From an uncultured bacterium (GTDB lineage: Bacteria; Poribacteria; WGA-4E; UBA9662), in contig CAYVHK010000005.1 of the NCBI GenBank assembly GCA_964451145.1, positions 1-55,060 on the forward strand: DNA of 55,060 nucleotides, in the 5' to 3' direction. The notes under the pieces were generated by a model that was given only the letters and a program-made list of their open reading frames with translations, was not told where the DNA came from and ran no database searches. A program made the position numbers and the translations under genes. Below, one piece after another: positions 12,996-22,125 of the stretch; positions within the stretch are counted from its first letter, which is position 1; each line of letters begins with the position of its first letter.

Positions 12996-13026
12996 TGGGC
13001 TTTCTCCTTCGATTGTAAGTTTATCT

Positions 13027-13083
13027 CTGCAGCCTATTTCTGCAGTTTATTGCTAATTTTAATAGGTTAACCCATAGTTGCAA
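13027..13083 (-). promoter_or_regulatory. Candidate groESL promoter plus a leader palindrome at the position where CIRCE usually sits
   Basis: The minus strand reads TTGCAA (13083-13078), a 16-nt spacer, TAAAAT (13061-13056), then CTGCAG-aaatagg-CTGCAG (13045-13027) just downstream of the predicted start site and upstream of the RBS. Confidence 0.45.
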
Positions 13084-13092
13084 AGGTAGGCT

Positions 13093-13154
13093 GGGGTGCC
13101 AAATAGTCACCCCTCTCCCTCCAAGCTAAACGGGGGTGCCTATTTTACACCCCC
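13093..13154. repeat. Two related GGGGTG...CACCCC hairpin units in inverted orientation at the 3' end of the oxidoreductase gene
   Basis: Unit A is 13093-13113 (GGGGTGCCAAATAGTCACCCC). Unit B is 13132-13154 (GGGGGTGCCTATTTTACACCCCC). The reverse complement of A matches B at about 17 of 21 positions. Unit B overlaps the last codons of ORF 13126-14157. Confidence 0.5.
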
Positions 13155-14157
13155 CATGACTTAGTTGCAAGTTATTTTTCAAGTTGATGGCTTTGTTTGA
13201 TTTAGCTGATTCATAGGCGGCAGAAATGATTTGATTGTTACGTATACCGTCAAAACCGCTAACGATAGGAGTTTCTTTCCCAATAACACAACGAAAAAAA
13301 TGTTCAAATTGCAGTTGAAACAGATCTTCAAATTGTGAGTCTATAATTTCGATTTTATCTTGGACTGTACGCCTAATTTTCCAACCATTTTCGTTGTATA
13401 CAATAACCGAACCATCTGTTCCATAGATCTCCAAGATTTGTGGTGATAACTGAGCAGAAAAACTTGTTTCTGTGACTGCCTGAGCACCACTTTCAAAACG
13501 TAACATTACTACACCTGTCTCTTCGACTGGATAATCATAGACAACATTAGAGCAGAAAGCACTAACATCGGTCGCCTCACCCAAAAACCAACGCAGTAAG
13601 TCAATACTATGCGCTCCCAAATCCATGATGCTGCCACCACCACTTTTGGCGGGATTGATATGCCAATCATTACTACTTTTGGGGGCATTCTTCATAAATG
13701 GCATTCGAGCGTAAACAATCGTACCGAAATGTTTTTCATTCAACCAGTGGCGGATTTTTTGAAAACAGGAATGAAAACGGAACAGAAAGCAGATTTGAAG
13801 ATGAACCTGATTTAACTCGCAAGCATCTACGATTTGTTGAGATTGCTCTGGATTAAGAGCCAAAGGTTTATCGCATAGAACGTGAATTCCCTTTTCAGCC
13901 GCGGCTATAGCCTGTTCTGCATGGAGAAAAACTGGGGTGGCAATATAAACTGCATCCAATTCAGGGTCGATCAAAAGATCATTAATGTCAGTATAAGCAG
14001 CCATGGCTCCAAATTGTTCAGCCAATAGTTGACCACGTTCTTGATCTCGAGATAGAATAGCATGCAGTTCAGCGCCTTCCGATTTTTGGATAGCAGGTAT
14101 AGACCGCCTTTGAGCTACACTTCCAGCACCAATTACTCCCCACTTCAGACTTTTCAT
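13126..14157 (-). CDS. Gfo/Idh/MocA-family NAD(P)-dependent oxidoreductase
   Basis: 343-aa ORF with the N-terminal Rossmann motif LKWGVIGAGSVAQRR and EKPLA-type motif (LCDKPLALN), typical of the family. Confidence 0.8.
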   Translation of the reverse strand: MKSLKWGVIGAGSVAQRRSIPAIQKSEGAELHAILSRDQERGQLLAEQFGAMAAYTDINDLLIDPELDAVYIATPVFLHAEQAIAAAEKGIHVLCDKPLALNPEQSQQIVDACELNQVHLQICFLFRFHSCFQKIRHWLNEKHFGTIVYARMPFMKNAPKSSNDWHINPAKSGGGSIMDLGAHSIDLLRWFLGEATDVSAFCSNVVYDYPVEETGVVMLRFESGAQAVTETSFSAQLSPQILEIYGTDGSVIVYNENGWKIRRTVQDKIEIIDSQFEDLFQLQFEHFFRCVIGKETPIVSGFDGIRNNQIISAAYESAKSNKAINLKNNLQLSHGGCKIGTPV

Positions 14158-14172
14158 AAAAACCTCTCTTTC

Positions 14173-15102
14173 TTAAAAACCAATCAATTTGACTTCCAAT
14201 TGTAGATCAATTCCACTCTGAACTTTGACTGATGACTGAATAATTTGAACCAATTCCAAAACATCTTTTGCAGTAGCCCGACCATGATTAATAATGAAAT
14301 TGGCATGAACATCTGAGACTTCAGCATCGCCGACTCGGACACCTTTCAGGCCACACTGATCGATTAACCAACCTGCAGAATGCTCAGCTGGATTTTTGAA
14401 CATGCAACCAGCACTCCCCTCAACAAAAGGTTGTGATTGGATCTTTTTCTGGTACAAACGTTTCATTTCTTTTATTACTCGTCTCGTTTCTGATTGTGTT
14501 AGTTTCAGATCAGCGTAGATAGCACAAAAAAAATTATTAAGACTACTTTTTCTATACTCAAATTGTGCATGTTCAGTTGTTAAATCGACAACCTCTCCAT
14601 TATTTGTGACAACTTGAACTAGGTGAACAACCTGACTGAAATCACAATTCCATGCGCCAGCATTCATTATCAAACCACCACCAACTGAACCTGGTATTCC
14701 GAGAGCAAACTCTACACCACTTAAGCCGTTTCGGGCCGCACTTTTCGCTAATTTTGCTTGGGAAACACCAGTTCCTACGCGAATTGAGGTGCCACTGACT
14801 ATCAGTTTTTTAAATTCTCCACTTAGCCGGATAACGACTCCATCAAAACCCTTATCACTGACCAATAGGTTAGAACCTCGACCAAGAATAAAAGTGTTCA
14901 CCCCATATTTTTTTTTAAATCTTGCAAGCTTAAGCAGCAAGCTGACTTGGTCTACTTCCAAATACGCAGAAGCATTACCGCCAATGCCGAAGTAGGTTTG
15001 TTTGCTGAGAGGATAATCGAAACGTAGGTTAGACTTGGGATAGGACTTACAAAGCTGCCAAAGGTCTGTTTGCCAATTTTTGGGGGCTAGGACTGTATCC
15101 AT
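14173..15102 (-). CDS. murB: UDP-N-acetylenolpyruvoylglucosamine reductase
   Basis: 309-aa ORF: FGIGGNASAYLEV, LGRGSNLLVSD, GIPGSVGGGLIMNAGAW, MFKNP. These are the MurB FAD-binding and C-terminal motifs. Confidence 0.9.
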   Translation of the reverse strand: MDTVLAPKNWQTDLWQLCKSYPKSNLRFDYPLSKQTYFGIGGNASAYLEVDQVSLLLKLARFKKKYGVNTFILGRGSNLLVSDKGFDGVVIRLSGEFKKLIVSGTSIRVGTGVSQAKLAKSAARNGLSGVEFALGIPGSVGGGLIMNAGAWNCDFSQVVHLVQVVTNNGEVVDLTTEHAQFEYRKSSLNNFFCAIYADLKLTQSETRRVIKEMKRLYQKKIQSQPFVEGSAGCMFKNPAEHSAGWLIDQCGLKGVRVGDAEVSDVHANFIINHGRATAKDVLELVQIIQSSVKVQSGIDLQLEVKLIGF

Positions 15103-15225
15103 AATCGTTTGTTTAGCTTAAATAAAATGTGCTATTATTGGGGATAGCATAGCAAAATAGTCCGCCAAGATACCGCATAACGACTACGTTACCGCCAAAC
15201 AAACGGACTGAAAAGAGATATATTT

Positions 15226-16272
15226 ATGGCAACTAGGGTGGGAATTGTTGGAGCCTCCGGTTATACCAGTAGTGAGCTAATACGTTTGTTGGTTCAACAT
15301 CCGTCTGTTTTTGAACTAACGCTCGTCACCTCTGAAACATATAATGGCCACCGAGTTGACCAAATTTTACCCAACCTTAAGGGATTTGTCGATCTTAACT
15401 TTGAGAAACTGAATATTGGTCGGTTAAAAGATTTTGTCGATGTTGTTGTCTTGGGAGTGCCACATAAAGTGGCAATGAGCTTTGTACCAAGAATTTTAGA
15501 CCAAGGCTTGCGAGTTATCGATTTTAGTGCTGACTACCGGTTGCGTGAGAGGAGCATTTATGAACACTGGTATGAGTTAAAACACACAGACGAAAGTCGG
15601 CTAGGTCATGCCATCTACGGTTTACCTGAACAATACCGAGAGCTAATCCGCTCTGCAACATTGGTTGCTAATCCTGGCTGTTACCCAACAGGTGCAATAC
15701 TGGCACTAGCACCACTTCTGAAGGATCATCTCATTGATACAAACACAATTATCATCGATTCCAAGTCGGGAATATCTGGAGCGGGTAGTAAACCCAAAGA
15801 CGTTACTCACTACCCCAATCGTGAGTCGAATACCACCGTTTATGGATTGCCAAAACATCGGCATACTCCTGAGATTGAACAAGAACTAGGAGTAATTGCA
15901 GGAGAAAACGTACAAGTTACTTTTGCGCCCCATTTGGTACCGATGACACGAGGGATTTTAACAACTACATATGCAAGCCTGATTATACCTATGACCACTA
16001 TTGAAATTCTGGAACGTTGTAAAAAAAACTATCGGAATGAGCCTTTTGTTCACGTGTTGGGCGAAGGTGAATACCCACAAACAAAAGCTGTTTTGGGCAG
16101 TAATTTTTGCCACATGGGCTTAGCCGTTGATCCCCGAACTCAACGTGTGATTGTTATGACAGCCATTGATAATCTTGTCAAAGGCGCAGCGGGGGCAGTA
16201 GTTCAAAACCTCAACTTGATGTATGGATTGGATGAAACTGCTGGTCTAATGTGGCCCGGTATGATGCCTTAA
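15226..16272 (+). CDS. argC: N-acetyl-gamma-glutamyl-phosphate reductase
   Basis: 348-aa ORF: VGIVGASGYTSSELIRLL, active-site region LVANPGCYPT, C-terminal IDNLVKGAAGAVVQNLNLM. Confidence 0.93.
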   Translation: MATRVGIVGASGYTSSELIRLLVQHPSVFELTLVTSETYNGHRVDQILPNLKGFVDLNFEKLNIGRLKDFVDVVVLGVPHKVAMSFVPRILDQGLRVIDFSADYRLRERSIYEHWYELKHTDESRLGHAIYGLPEQYRELIRSATLVANPGCYPTGAILALAPLLKDHLIDTNTIIIDSKSGISGAGSKPKDVTHYPNRESNTTVYGLPKHRHTPEIEQELGVIAGENVQVTFAPHLVPMTRGILTTTYASLIIPMTTIEILERCKKNYRNEPFVHVLGEGEYPQTKAVLGSNFCHMGLAVDPRTQRVIVMTAIDNLVKGAAGAVVQNLNLMYGLDETAGLMWPGMMP

Positions 16273-16329
16273 AATAGATTTTAAAAGTAATAGATTAATG
16301 AACTAAACAATAATTTGATGGGAGTAACA

Positions 16330-16899
16330 ATGTTTGAAGAAATACAACAAATAAATTACAAGGGATTGTTGCAACAATACTGTCTGTTACGTTACCCGTC
16401 TCCACCTGTTTATGAGACTCGGAAAATTACAGTCGAAAATGATAATTTGCCACAATGGATGGTAAGTATCCAGTGCGCCAAAGACACCTTTGAAACTTCA
16501 AAACCAATATCAGGGAGCAAAAAGCATGCTGAGCAGGAAGCCGCCAAACAATTAATGGAAAAACTAGAATCTAAGCAAACTGAATTTCTCGCCGGTAATC
16601 AACTGCCCAATAGGTCAAATGAAACAACCTCGGAAGCAACAATTGAAAAAACTCCGATTTCTGTGCCGCCGGAACTAGTTTCTACTGCATTACAAGTAGC
16701 AAGCCAGCAGTTATCTGCTTCATCTAATACTCGACAGGGCCCCTACCGGCAAACAAAAAATGACGATTTTGTCGAACTGATTGGTCAATTAACCATCAAA
16801 ATCATCCATTCGGTAGTTGAAGCGGCCGAAGAGAAAAATGGAGTTGATTTTGGCCAACGGCGTTTGGACCTTATCAAAAACAACCAAACTGCCGAATAA
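16330..16899 (+). CDS. Stand-alone double-stranded-RNA-binding-domain (dsRBD) protein with an uncharacterised helical C-terminal half
   Basis: Residues NYKGLLQQYCLLRYPSPPVYE...WMVSIQCAKDTFE..SGSKKHAEQEAAKQLMEKLES match the canonical dsRBD alpha-beta-beta-beta-alpha pattern (compare the RNase III dsRBD: YK.iLQE....P.Y...F.v....G.G.SKK.AEQ.AA..l). There is no RNase III catalytic domain. Start ATG 16330 sits 5 nt after GGGAG. The stop is 9 nt before murD. Confidence 0.75.
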   Translation: MFEEIQQINYKGLLQQYCLLRYPSPPVYETRKITVENDNLPQWMVSIQCAKDTFETSKPISGSKKHAEQEAAKQLMEKLESKQTEFLAGNQLPNRSNETTSEATIEKTPISVPPELVSTALQVASQQLSASSNTRQGPYRQTKNDDFVELIGQLTIKIIHSVVEAAEEKNGVDFGQRRLDLIKNNQTAE

Positions 16900-16908
16900 T
16901 CGTATTCA

Positions 16909-18360
16909 TTGACTGACCTATTTAGAACAACCCAACGTCCAAATTTTTCTGGCCGGCAAATCACGGTTTTTGGCCTCAGTCGCAGTGGACTCGCCGTTAC
17001 AAAATTGTTAGTTAGTTTGGGCGCTAGGGTTGTTGGAACAGATAATCGTTCTATTAACGAGTTACAACCTGTCATTGATGAACTAAATCGTTTCGCCTTA
17101 TCTCAACAGGCTACTATCGACTTTGTTTTGGACAAGCACAATGAAGATTGCATAAGTAATGCTGATTTGATTGTTGTCTCCCCCGGTGTTGCCGTTGATC
17201 AAGTCCCAACGCTGCGAATTGCTGCAGAACAGGGAATTCCAATCCTCAGTGAATTAGAAATTGCTAGTTCGGTCTGTTTATCCCCCATTATTGCTGTTAC
17301 TGGTACGAAAGGCAAAACGACTACAACGATATTAACTGCTGAGATTTTAAAACACGGTCATTTTGGACGGGTTTTTCTAGCTGGTAATATTGGTCTACCA
17401 CTATCTAGTTTAGCTTTAAATTTAACGGAAGAAGACATTGTGGTCGCTGAAGTAAGTAGCTTTCAGCTAGAAATGACTAGTTGTTTTCACCCAGCTGTTA
17501 GTACAATTCTAAACTTATCACCTGATCATCTAGACCGTCATGGAACAATTTCCGCGTACCAAAAAGCCAAGCAAAAAATCTATGCTAATCAGAATGGCAA
17601 CGATTGGATCGTTCTCAACGCTGACGATCCATATACTGCTGGCCTAGCTAACTCGGTAGCCGTAAATGCCAAAACGACCTTATTTTCATTAACAGGTTGT
17701 TGCAATGACCAAATTGATGTTTACCTGAAAGACGGGCGAGTTTATTTAAAAGATTCCCAATCAACGCACTTTGTTGGGAAACAAACATCAATTGCCTTAG
17801 AAGGCCAACACAACTTAGCTAATGTGCTAGCTTCAGTTAGTATTGGTCAAATTTGTGGTGTCTCGCCTCAAAAGATGAAGCAAGCTCTTTACGATTTTGA
17901 TAGATCCATTCATTTACCGCTGCAACATGCGTTTCAGCTTGTTTCTTCAGTTAATCAAATCCATTTCATTGACGATTCTAAGGCGACCAACGTTGCTGCA
18001 ACCAAAGCCGCCTTAAAGTCGATTACTACTCAAAAACAGACAATCCTGATCATGGGAGGATATGATAAAGGTAATGACTATTCACCACTAATAGATCTTG
18101 TCAAACTACGAGTTAAAACTCTAATTTTATTGGGCAAAAATACGGAAAATATTCGAAACGCCCTCTCAGAATATGTCGTTACAGTGGGCGTGCCGACGAT
18201 GGATTTAGCTGTAAGAAAAGCCTACGGGCATGCTTGCCCTGGTGATACAGTTTTACTCTCGCCAGCCAATGCAAGTTTCGATATGTTTACGGATTATAAA
18301 GCCCGTGGTCAAGCCTTTCAAAAATCAATTGTTCATTTACAAAAAAGTGTCGCCAGATAA
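16909..18360 (+). CDS. murD: UDP-N-acetylmuramoylalanine--D-glutamate ligase
   Basis: 483-aa ORF: ITVFGLSRSGLAV, AVTGTKGKTTTT, DDSKATN, MGGYDKG. These are Mur ligase motifs in the MurD arrangement. TTG start. Confidence 0.9.
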   Translation: MTDLFRTTQRPNFSGRQITVFGLSRSGLAVTKLLVSLGARVVGTDNRSINELQPVIDELNRFALSQQATIDFVLDKHNEDCISNADLIVVSPGVAVDQVPTLRIAAEQGIPILSELEIASSVCLSPIIAVTGTKGKTTTTILTAEILKHGHFGRVFLAGNIGLPLSSLALNLTEEDIVVAEVSSFQLEMTSCFHPAVSTILNLSPDHLDRHGTISAYQKAKQKIYANQNGNDWIVLNADDPYTAGLANSVAVNAKTTLFSLTGCCNDQIDVYLKDGRVYLKDSQSTHFVGKQTSIALEGQHNLANVLASVSIGQICGVSPQKMKQALYDFDRSIHLPLQHAFQLVSSVNQIHFIDDSKATNVAATKAALKSITTQKQTILIMGGYDKGNDYSPLIDLVKLRVKTLILLGKNTENIRNALSEYVVTVGVPTMDLAVRKAYGHACPGDTVLLSPANASFDMFTDYKARGQAFQKSIVHLQKSVAR

Positions 18361-18372
18361 TAGTTTCCTTCA

Positions 18373-19572
18373 TTGGCGTTGACTGTGTCCAGACCGACAA
18401 AATCAACATTTGATCATCAACTACTTTTTATTACCATCTGTTTGGTTTCCTTCGGTTTGGTAATGACGTTCAGTAGTGTTAGTCCGGCCCGAGCTATTCG
18501 CCAGTTAATAGCTGTTGGTTTTGGCCTAGTTGGTTTATGCTTCGTTTATATCATTCCACTTCATCTATACCAGAAATATGCATACCATTTGCTATTTAGT
18601 ACGGTAATTACCCTTTTATTAGTTTTTACGCCAATTGGTCATCAAGTCATTTCTCCTAATCATAATCAAATATTCCATCGTTGGATTAAAGTTGGTCGTT
18701 TTCAATTTCAGCCAGTAGAGTTAGCCAAGCTAAGCCTAATTATCTACATGGCTCATTTTTTAGTCTCTAAGCAACACCAAATTCACAGTCTTCATCGTGG
18801 TGTTTTGCCTTCATTAGTAATTTTAGGTGTTGTCTTTTTATTGTTATTTCTACAACCAGACTTTGGGTCAGCCGTGCTGATTAGCTTGGTGGCCCTTGGT
18901 TTATTGTGGGTTGGAGGTGCAAGACTGACCCAAATTTCATTTGTGTTTTTTTTGGCCACCTTTCTAGTTTACGGTTGGATACAAAATGACAGTTACAAAA
19001 TGAAACGTCTGACCGACTTTATTCGATCTAAAGGATCAATTTTCGATACTCACTATCAGGTTGAACAGTCTCTAAACGCAATAGCTTCTGGAGGTTTTTT
19101 TGGTGCTGGGATCGGCAATAGTATTCACAAACTTGGTCGTTTGCCCTATGCCGAAACTGATTTTATATTTGCTGTGGTTGCCGAAGAACTAGGTTTGTTT
19201 GGTGCGATGGTCTTAATTGGCCTATATATGTTACTTGTTTGGCGAGGTATTCAAATCACACTTCGAGTAAGTAAGGAATATCGTTGCTCTAATGGCACAT
19301 CAAACCATTTACTTTCTACTAATAATTCGGCCTCCGTTAATGTAAACAGATTTGGAAGTCTAGTTGCTTTCGGTATTACTGCTCAATTAGGCTTACAAGC
19401 ATTTATCAATATTGGCGTAGCGCTCGGTGCTTTACCAACAAAAGGTATCACACTACCTTTCATCAGTTGTGGCGGATCTTCTTTGATGATGAGTATCATT
19501 AGCATCGGTATTTTGTTAAATATTTCCCGCATACCTTCAATTGTAAGAAGAGGTTCCCAAAATGTTTTTTAA
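18373..19572 (+). CDS. ftsW: SEDS-family peptidoglycan glycosyltransferase FtsW
   Basis: 399-aa polytopic membrane ORF: FQFQPVELAKL, LQPDFGSA, ETDFIFAVVAEELG, LPTKGITLPFISCGGSS. Positioned between murD and murG. It contains a roughly 25-aa insertion (KEYRCSNGTSNHLLSTNNSASVNVNR). Confidence 0.88.
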   Translation: MALTVSRPTKSTFDHQLLFITICLVSFGLVMTFSSVSPARAIRQLIAVGFGLVGLCFVYIIPLHLYQKYAYHLLFSTVITLLLVFTPIGHQVISPNHNQIFHRWIKVGRFQFQPVELAKLSLIIYMAHFLVSKQHQIHSLHRGVLPSLVILGVVFLLLFLQPDFGSAVLISLVALGLLWVGGARLTQISFVFFLATFLVYGWIQNDSYKMKRLTDFIRSKGSIFDTHYQVEQSLNAIASGGFFGAGIGNSIHKLGRLPYAETDFIFAVVAEELGLFGAMVLIGLYMLLVWRGIQITLRVSKEYRCSNGTSNHLLSTNNSASVNVNRFGSLVAFGITAQLGLQAFINIGVALGALPTKGITLPFISCGGSSLMMSIISIGILLNISRIPSIVRRGSQNVF

Positions 19573-20698
19573 TGATCGAAAAAACGCAATTGAGGTTGTT
19601 ATTTCTGGTGGCGGGACTGGAGGCCATATTTATCCGGCAATTGCCATTGCCAAAGCTTTGCAGCAGATTGCACCGGAGTTACGGATTGCTTTTATTGGGG
19701 CTAAAAATCGGTTCGAAGCGAAAATAGTGCCAAAATATGGCTTTCCATTCTACCCAATCTCGGTGGCTGGTTTTCCTCGTCGTTTGACTTGGCAATGGCT
19801 TTCAGTCATTCTGAAGTTGGCAACCAGTTTTGTTCAAACTTTTAAATTACTTCAGCAGTTGAAACCTCAAGTGGTAATTGGTACTGGTGGCTATGTTTCT
19901 GGCCCTGTTCTTTTTGCCGCTTACCTGAGACAAACTCCCATCTTTTTGCAGGAACAGAACGCTATTCCAGGACTGACCAATCGCTTGTTAGCGAATTTGG
20001 TAAAGGTAGCTTACTTGGGTTTACCAACGGCGCAGTCATATTTTCCTATCGTGGGGTTGACCACGGGCAATCCAATTCGAGCCGAAATGAATTATTCAAT
20101 ATCAAAAACTGATGATTTGTACCGAAAATATGGTTTGTCGCCACGTTTGAAAACGGTTTTTGTAATGGGGGGAAGCCAAGGAGCAACTGTAATTAATCAA
20201 CTGATGATGGAGATGATAAAGAACATTCAGGGTTCCAATACTTTTCATCAATTCCAAATAGTTCACCAGACCGGCCAATTGGATCAAAAATTAGTAAACG
20301 ATTTTTATCGAAACCATCCATATATATCAGCTTTAGTAAAACCCTATTTCAATCAAATTGAAGAGATCTATACTTTGACTGATTTGCTCATTTGCCGAGC
20401 CGGCGGATCAACAGTGTCAGAAATCACAGCTTTTGGTATACCGGCAATATTGATTCCGCGGCCTTCTAATGACAATCATCAGTATCATAATGCAAGAGTA
20501 TTGGTCAAAGAAAAGGCCGCTGTTATTCGCAATCAGGAACGAACCAACCCGATGGAATTATTCCAATTGATTCTTAATCTGCTATCTGATGATCAACTAT
20601 TGTCTAAAATGGCAACCAACAGCCGTCAGATGAGTAACCCAAACGCAAGTCAAGAAATTGCACGCTCTATTTTGGAACAAATTAGTTATCAAGCCTAA
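19562..20698 (+). CDS. murG: Undecaprenyldiphospho-muramoylpentapeptide beta-N-acetylglucosaminyltransferase
   Basis: 378-aa ORF: ISGGGTGGHIYPAIAIA, GTGGYVSGP, QEQNAIPGLTNR, CRAGGSTVSEI. Overlaps the ftsW stop. Confidence 0.93.
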   Translation: MFFNDRKNAIEVVISGGGTGGHIYPAIAIAKALQQIAPELRIAFIGAKNRFEAKIVPKYGFPFYPISVAGFPRRLTWQWLSVILKLATSFVQTFKLLQQLKPQVVIGTGGYVSGPVLFAAYLRQTPIFLQEQNAIPGLTNRLLANLVKVAYLGLPTAQSYFPIVGLTTGNPIRAEMNYSISKTDDLYRKYGLSPRLKTVFVMGGSQGATVINQLMMEMIKNIQGSNTFHQFQIVHQTGQLDQKLVNDFYRNHPYISALVKPYFNQIEEIYTLTDLLICRAGGSTVSEITAFGIPAILIPRPSNDNHQYHNARVLVKEKAAVIRNQERTNPMELFQLILNLLSDDQLLSKMATNSRQMSNPNASQEIARSILEQISYQA

Positions 20699-20715
20699 AC
20701 TTACTGGAATTTCAT

Positions 20716-22125
20716 TTGCTTCTTATGTCAGAATCAAAACGCCATATATTCGACCAAACACAAAAGATCCATTTTGTGGGAATCGGTGGCGCCGGCCTAT
20801 GCAGTCTCGCCGAAATTTTGGCTAATTATGGCTTTATCGTCACTGGATCCGATCACCAGCAGAACGAGTCAACTCTCCGGCTATCGAACCTCGGTTTAAC
20901 CATTTTTCATGGACATCAAGCGGAACACGTTAATAAAGCCGATGTATTGGTAGTTTCACCAGCCATCCCAAACAATAATCCTGAAGTTCAACAAGCTCTA
21001 ACTGATATGATTCCCGTTATTCGTGGTGCTGAGATGCTTTCTGAACTAATGTGCTCTCATTATAGTATTGCTATTAGTGGGACACATGGAAAAACAACGA
21101 CTACCGCCATGACTGCGTCTGTACTAGAACAACTTGATCCTACTGTTATTGTCGGTGGAAAAATGATTGATATCGGTAGTCATGCCCGCGTTGGAAAAAG
21201 TACCATTATGGTTGTCGAAGCAGATGAAGCGTATGGGTCAATTAAATTTTTTGCACCAAGTCTTGCCGTTGTCACATCTATTGATGAAGATCATCTAGAT
21301 TATTATCGAGATTTGGATGATATATGCCATACTTTTCTCGACTTTACCAATAAAGTTCCCTTTTATAGTTCCGCCATTCTCTGTTTAGACCAAAAAAACA
21401 TCCAAAACCTTTTGCAAAAAATTCGAAAACCGTACGTCACTTATGGAATTCAGACTGAGGCCGATATTAGGGCTAGCAAAATCCAATTTTTGGATAACCA
21501 AAGCACATTTATTGTTCATTCGTATGGTACTGAGCTAGGAGAAATACAGCTTAATATGCCGGGGTTGCATAATGTGTCTAATGCTCTGGCTGCTATTACT
21601 GTCGCCCTGACAATCTCACCAGCCATCGGCAAGGTTACATTTGCACAAATCAAAAATGCACTCGCTAACTTTAGAGGAATCCACCGCCGATTTGAGATTT
21701 TAGGTATAGCCAAGGATATCCTGATTGTGGATGACTATGCTCATAATCCAGCAAAACTGCGCGCTGTTTTTCATGCGGCTAAAACTGGATATCAACGACG
21801 AGTCGTAGGTATCGTACAACCACATCGCTACCAACGAGTACAGTCCTTGATCAGTGAATTTGCCTCTGCTTTTTCAGATACGGATTTGCTCTTTATGACT
21901 CCAATTTATGGTGCTGAAGAGAAACCAATCAATGGTGTGTCTGGTGAATTTTTAGCTGAAGTTGTACGAGAACAAGGCCATCAAAATGTCATTTATAAAC
22001 CAATTTTGGACACCGAAGAAGTGTCAGAACATCTACAAGCCAATGATATTGTGATTACAGCTGGCGCTGGTGATATTTGGAAATTTGGTCGCCAATTATT
22101 GATTCATCTAAAAAATAATGTTTAA
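20716..22125 (+). CDS. murC: UDP-N-acetylmuramate--L-alanine ligase
   Basis: 469-aa ORF: IHFVGIGGAGLCSLAEIL, ISGTHGKTTTTAM, DDYAHNP. The start may instead be ATG 20725. Confidence 0.92.
   Translation: MLLMSESKRHIFDQTQKIHFVGIGGAGLCSLAEILANYGFIVTGSDHQQNESTLRLSNLGLTIFHGHQAEHVNKADVLVVSPAIPNNNPEVQQALTDMIPVIRGAEMLSELMCSHYSIAISGTHGKTTTTAMTASVLEQLDPTVIVGGKMIDIGSHARVGKSTIMVVEADEAYGSIKFFAPSLAVVTSIDEDHLDYYRDLDDICHTFLDFTNKVPFYSSAILCLDQKNIQNLLQKIRKPYVTYGIQTEADIRASKIQFLDNQSTFIVHSYGTELGEIQLNMPGLHNVSNALAAITVALTISPAIGKVTFAQIKNALANFRGIHRRFEILGIAKDILIVDDYAHNPAKLRAVFHAAKTGYQRRVVGIVQPHRYQRVQSLISEFASAFSDTDLLFMTPIYGAEEKPINGVSGEFLAEVVREQGHQNVIYKPILDTEEVSEHLQANDIVITAGAGDIWKFGRQLLIHLKNNV

Noticed and set aside
12996-13125. 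CIRCE (TTAGCACTC-N9-GAGTGCTAA) upstream of groES; an isolated GAGTGCTAA half-site also occurs at 35861-35869 upstream of smc
   Set aside because: The groES leader has only TTAGCA followed by unrelated sequence. The smc-proximal half-site has no matching left arm 9 nt away. Neither is a CIRCE element.
15139-15154. TGGGGATAGCATAGCA, with GG and GC at the correct -24/-12 spacing, 72 nt upstream of argC
   Set aside because: Only about 7 of 11 consensus positions match (no TGGCAC core, TAGC instead of TTGC). sigma54 control of argC has no precedent that I know of. I treat it as chance.
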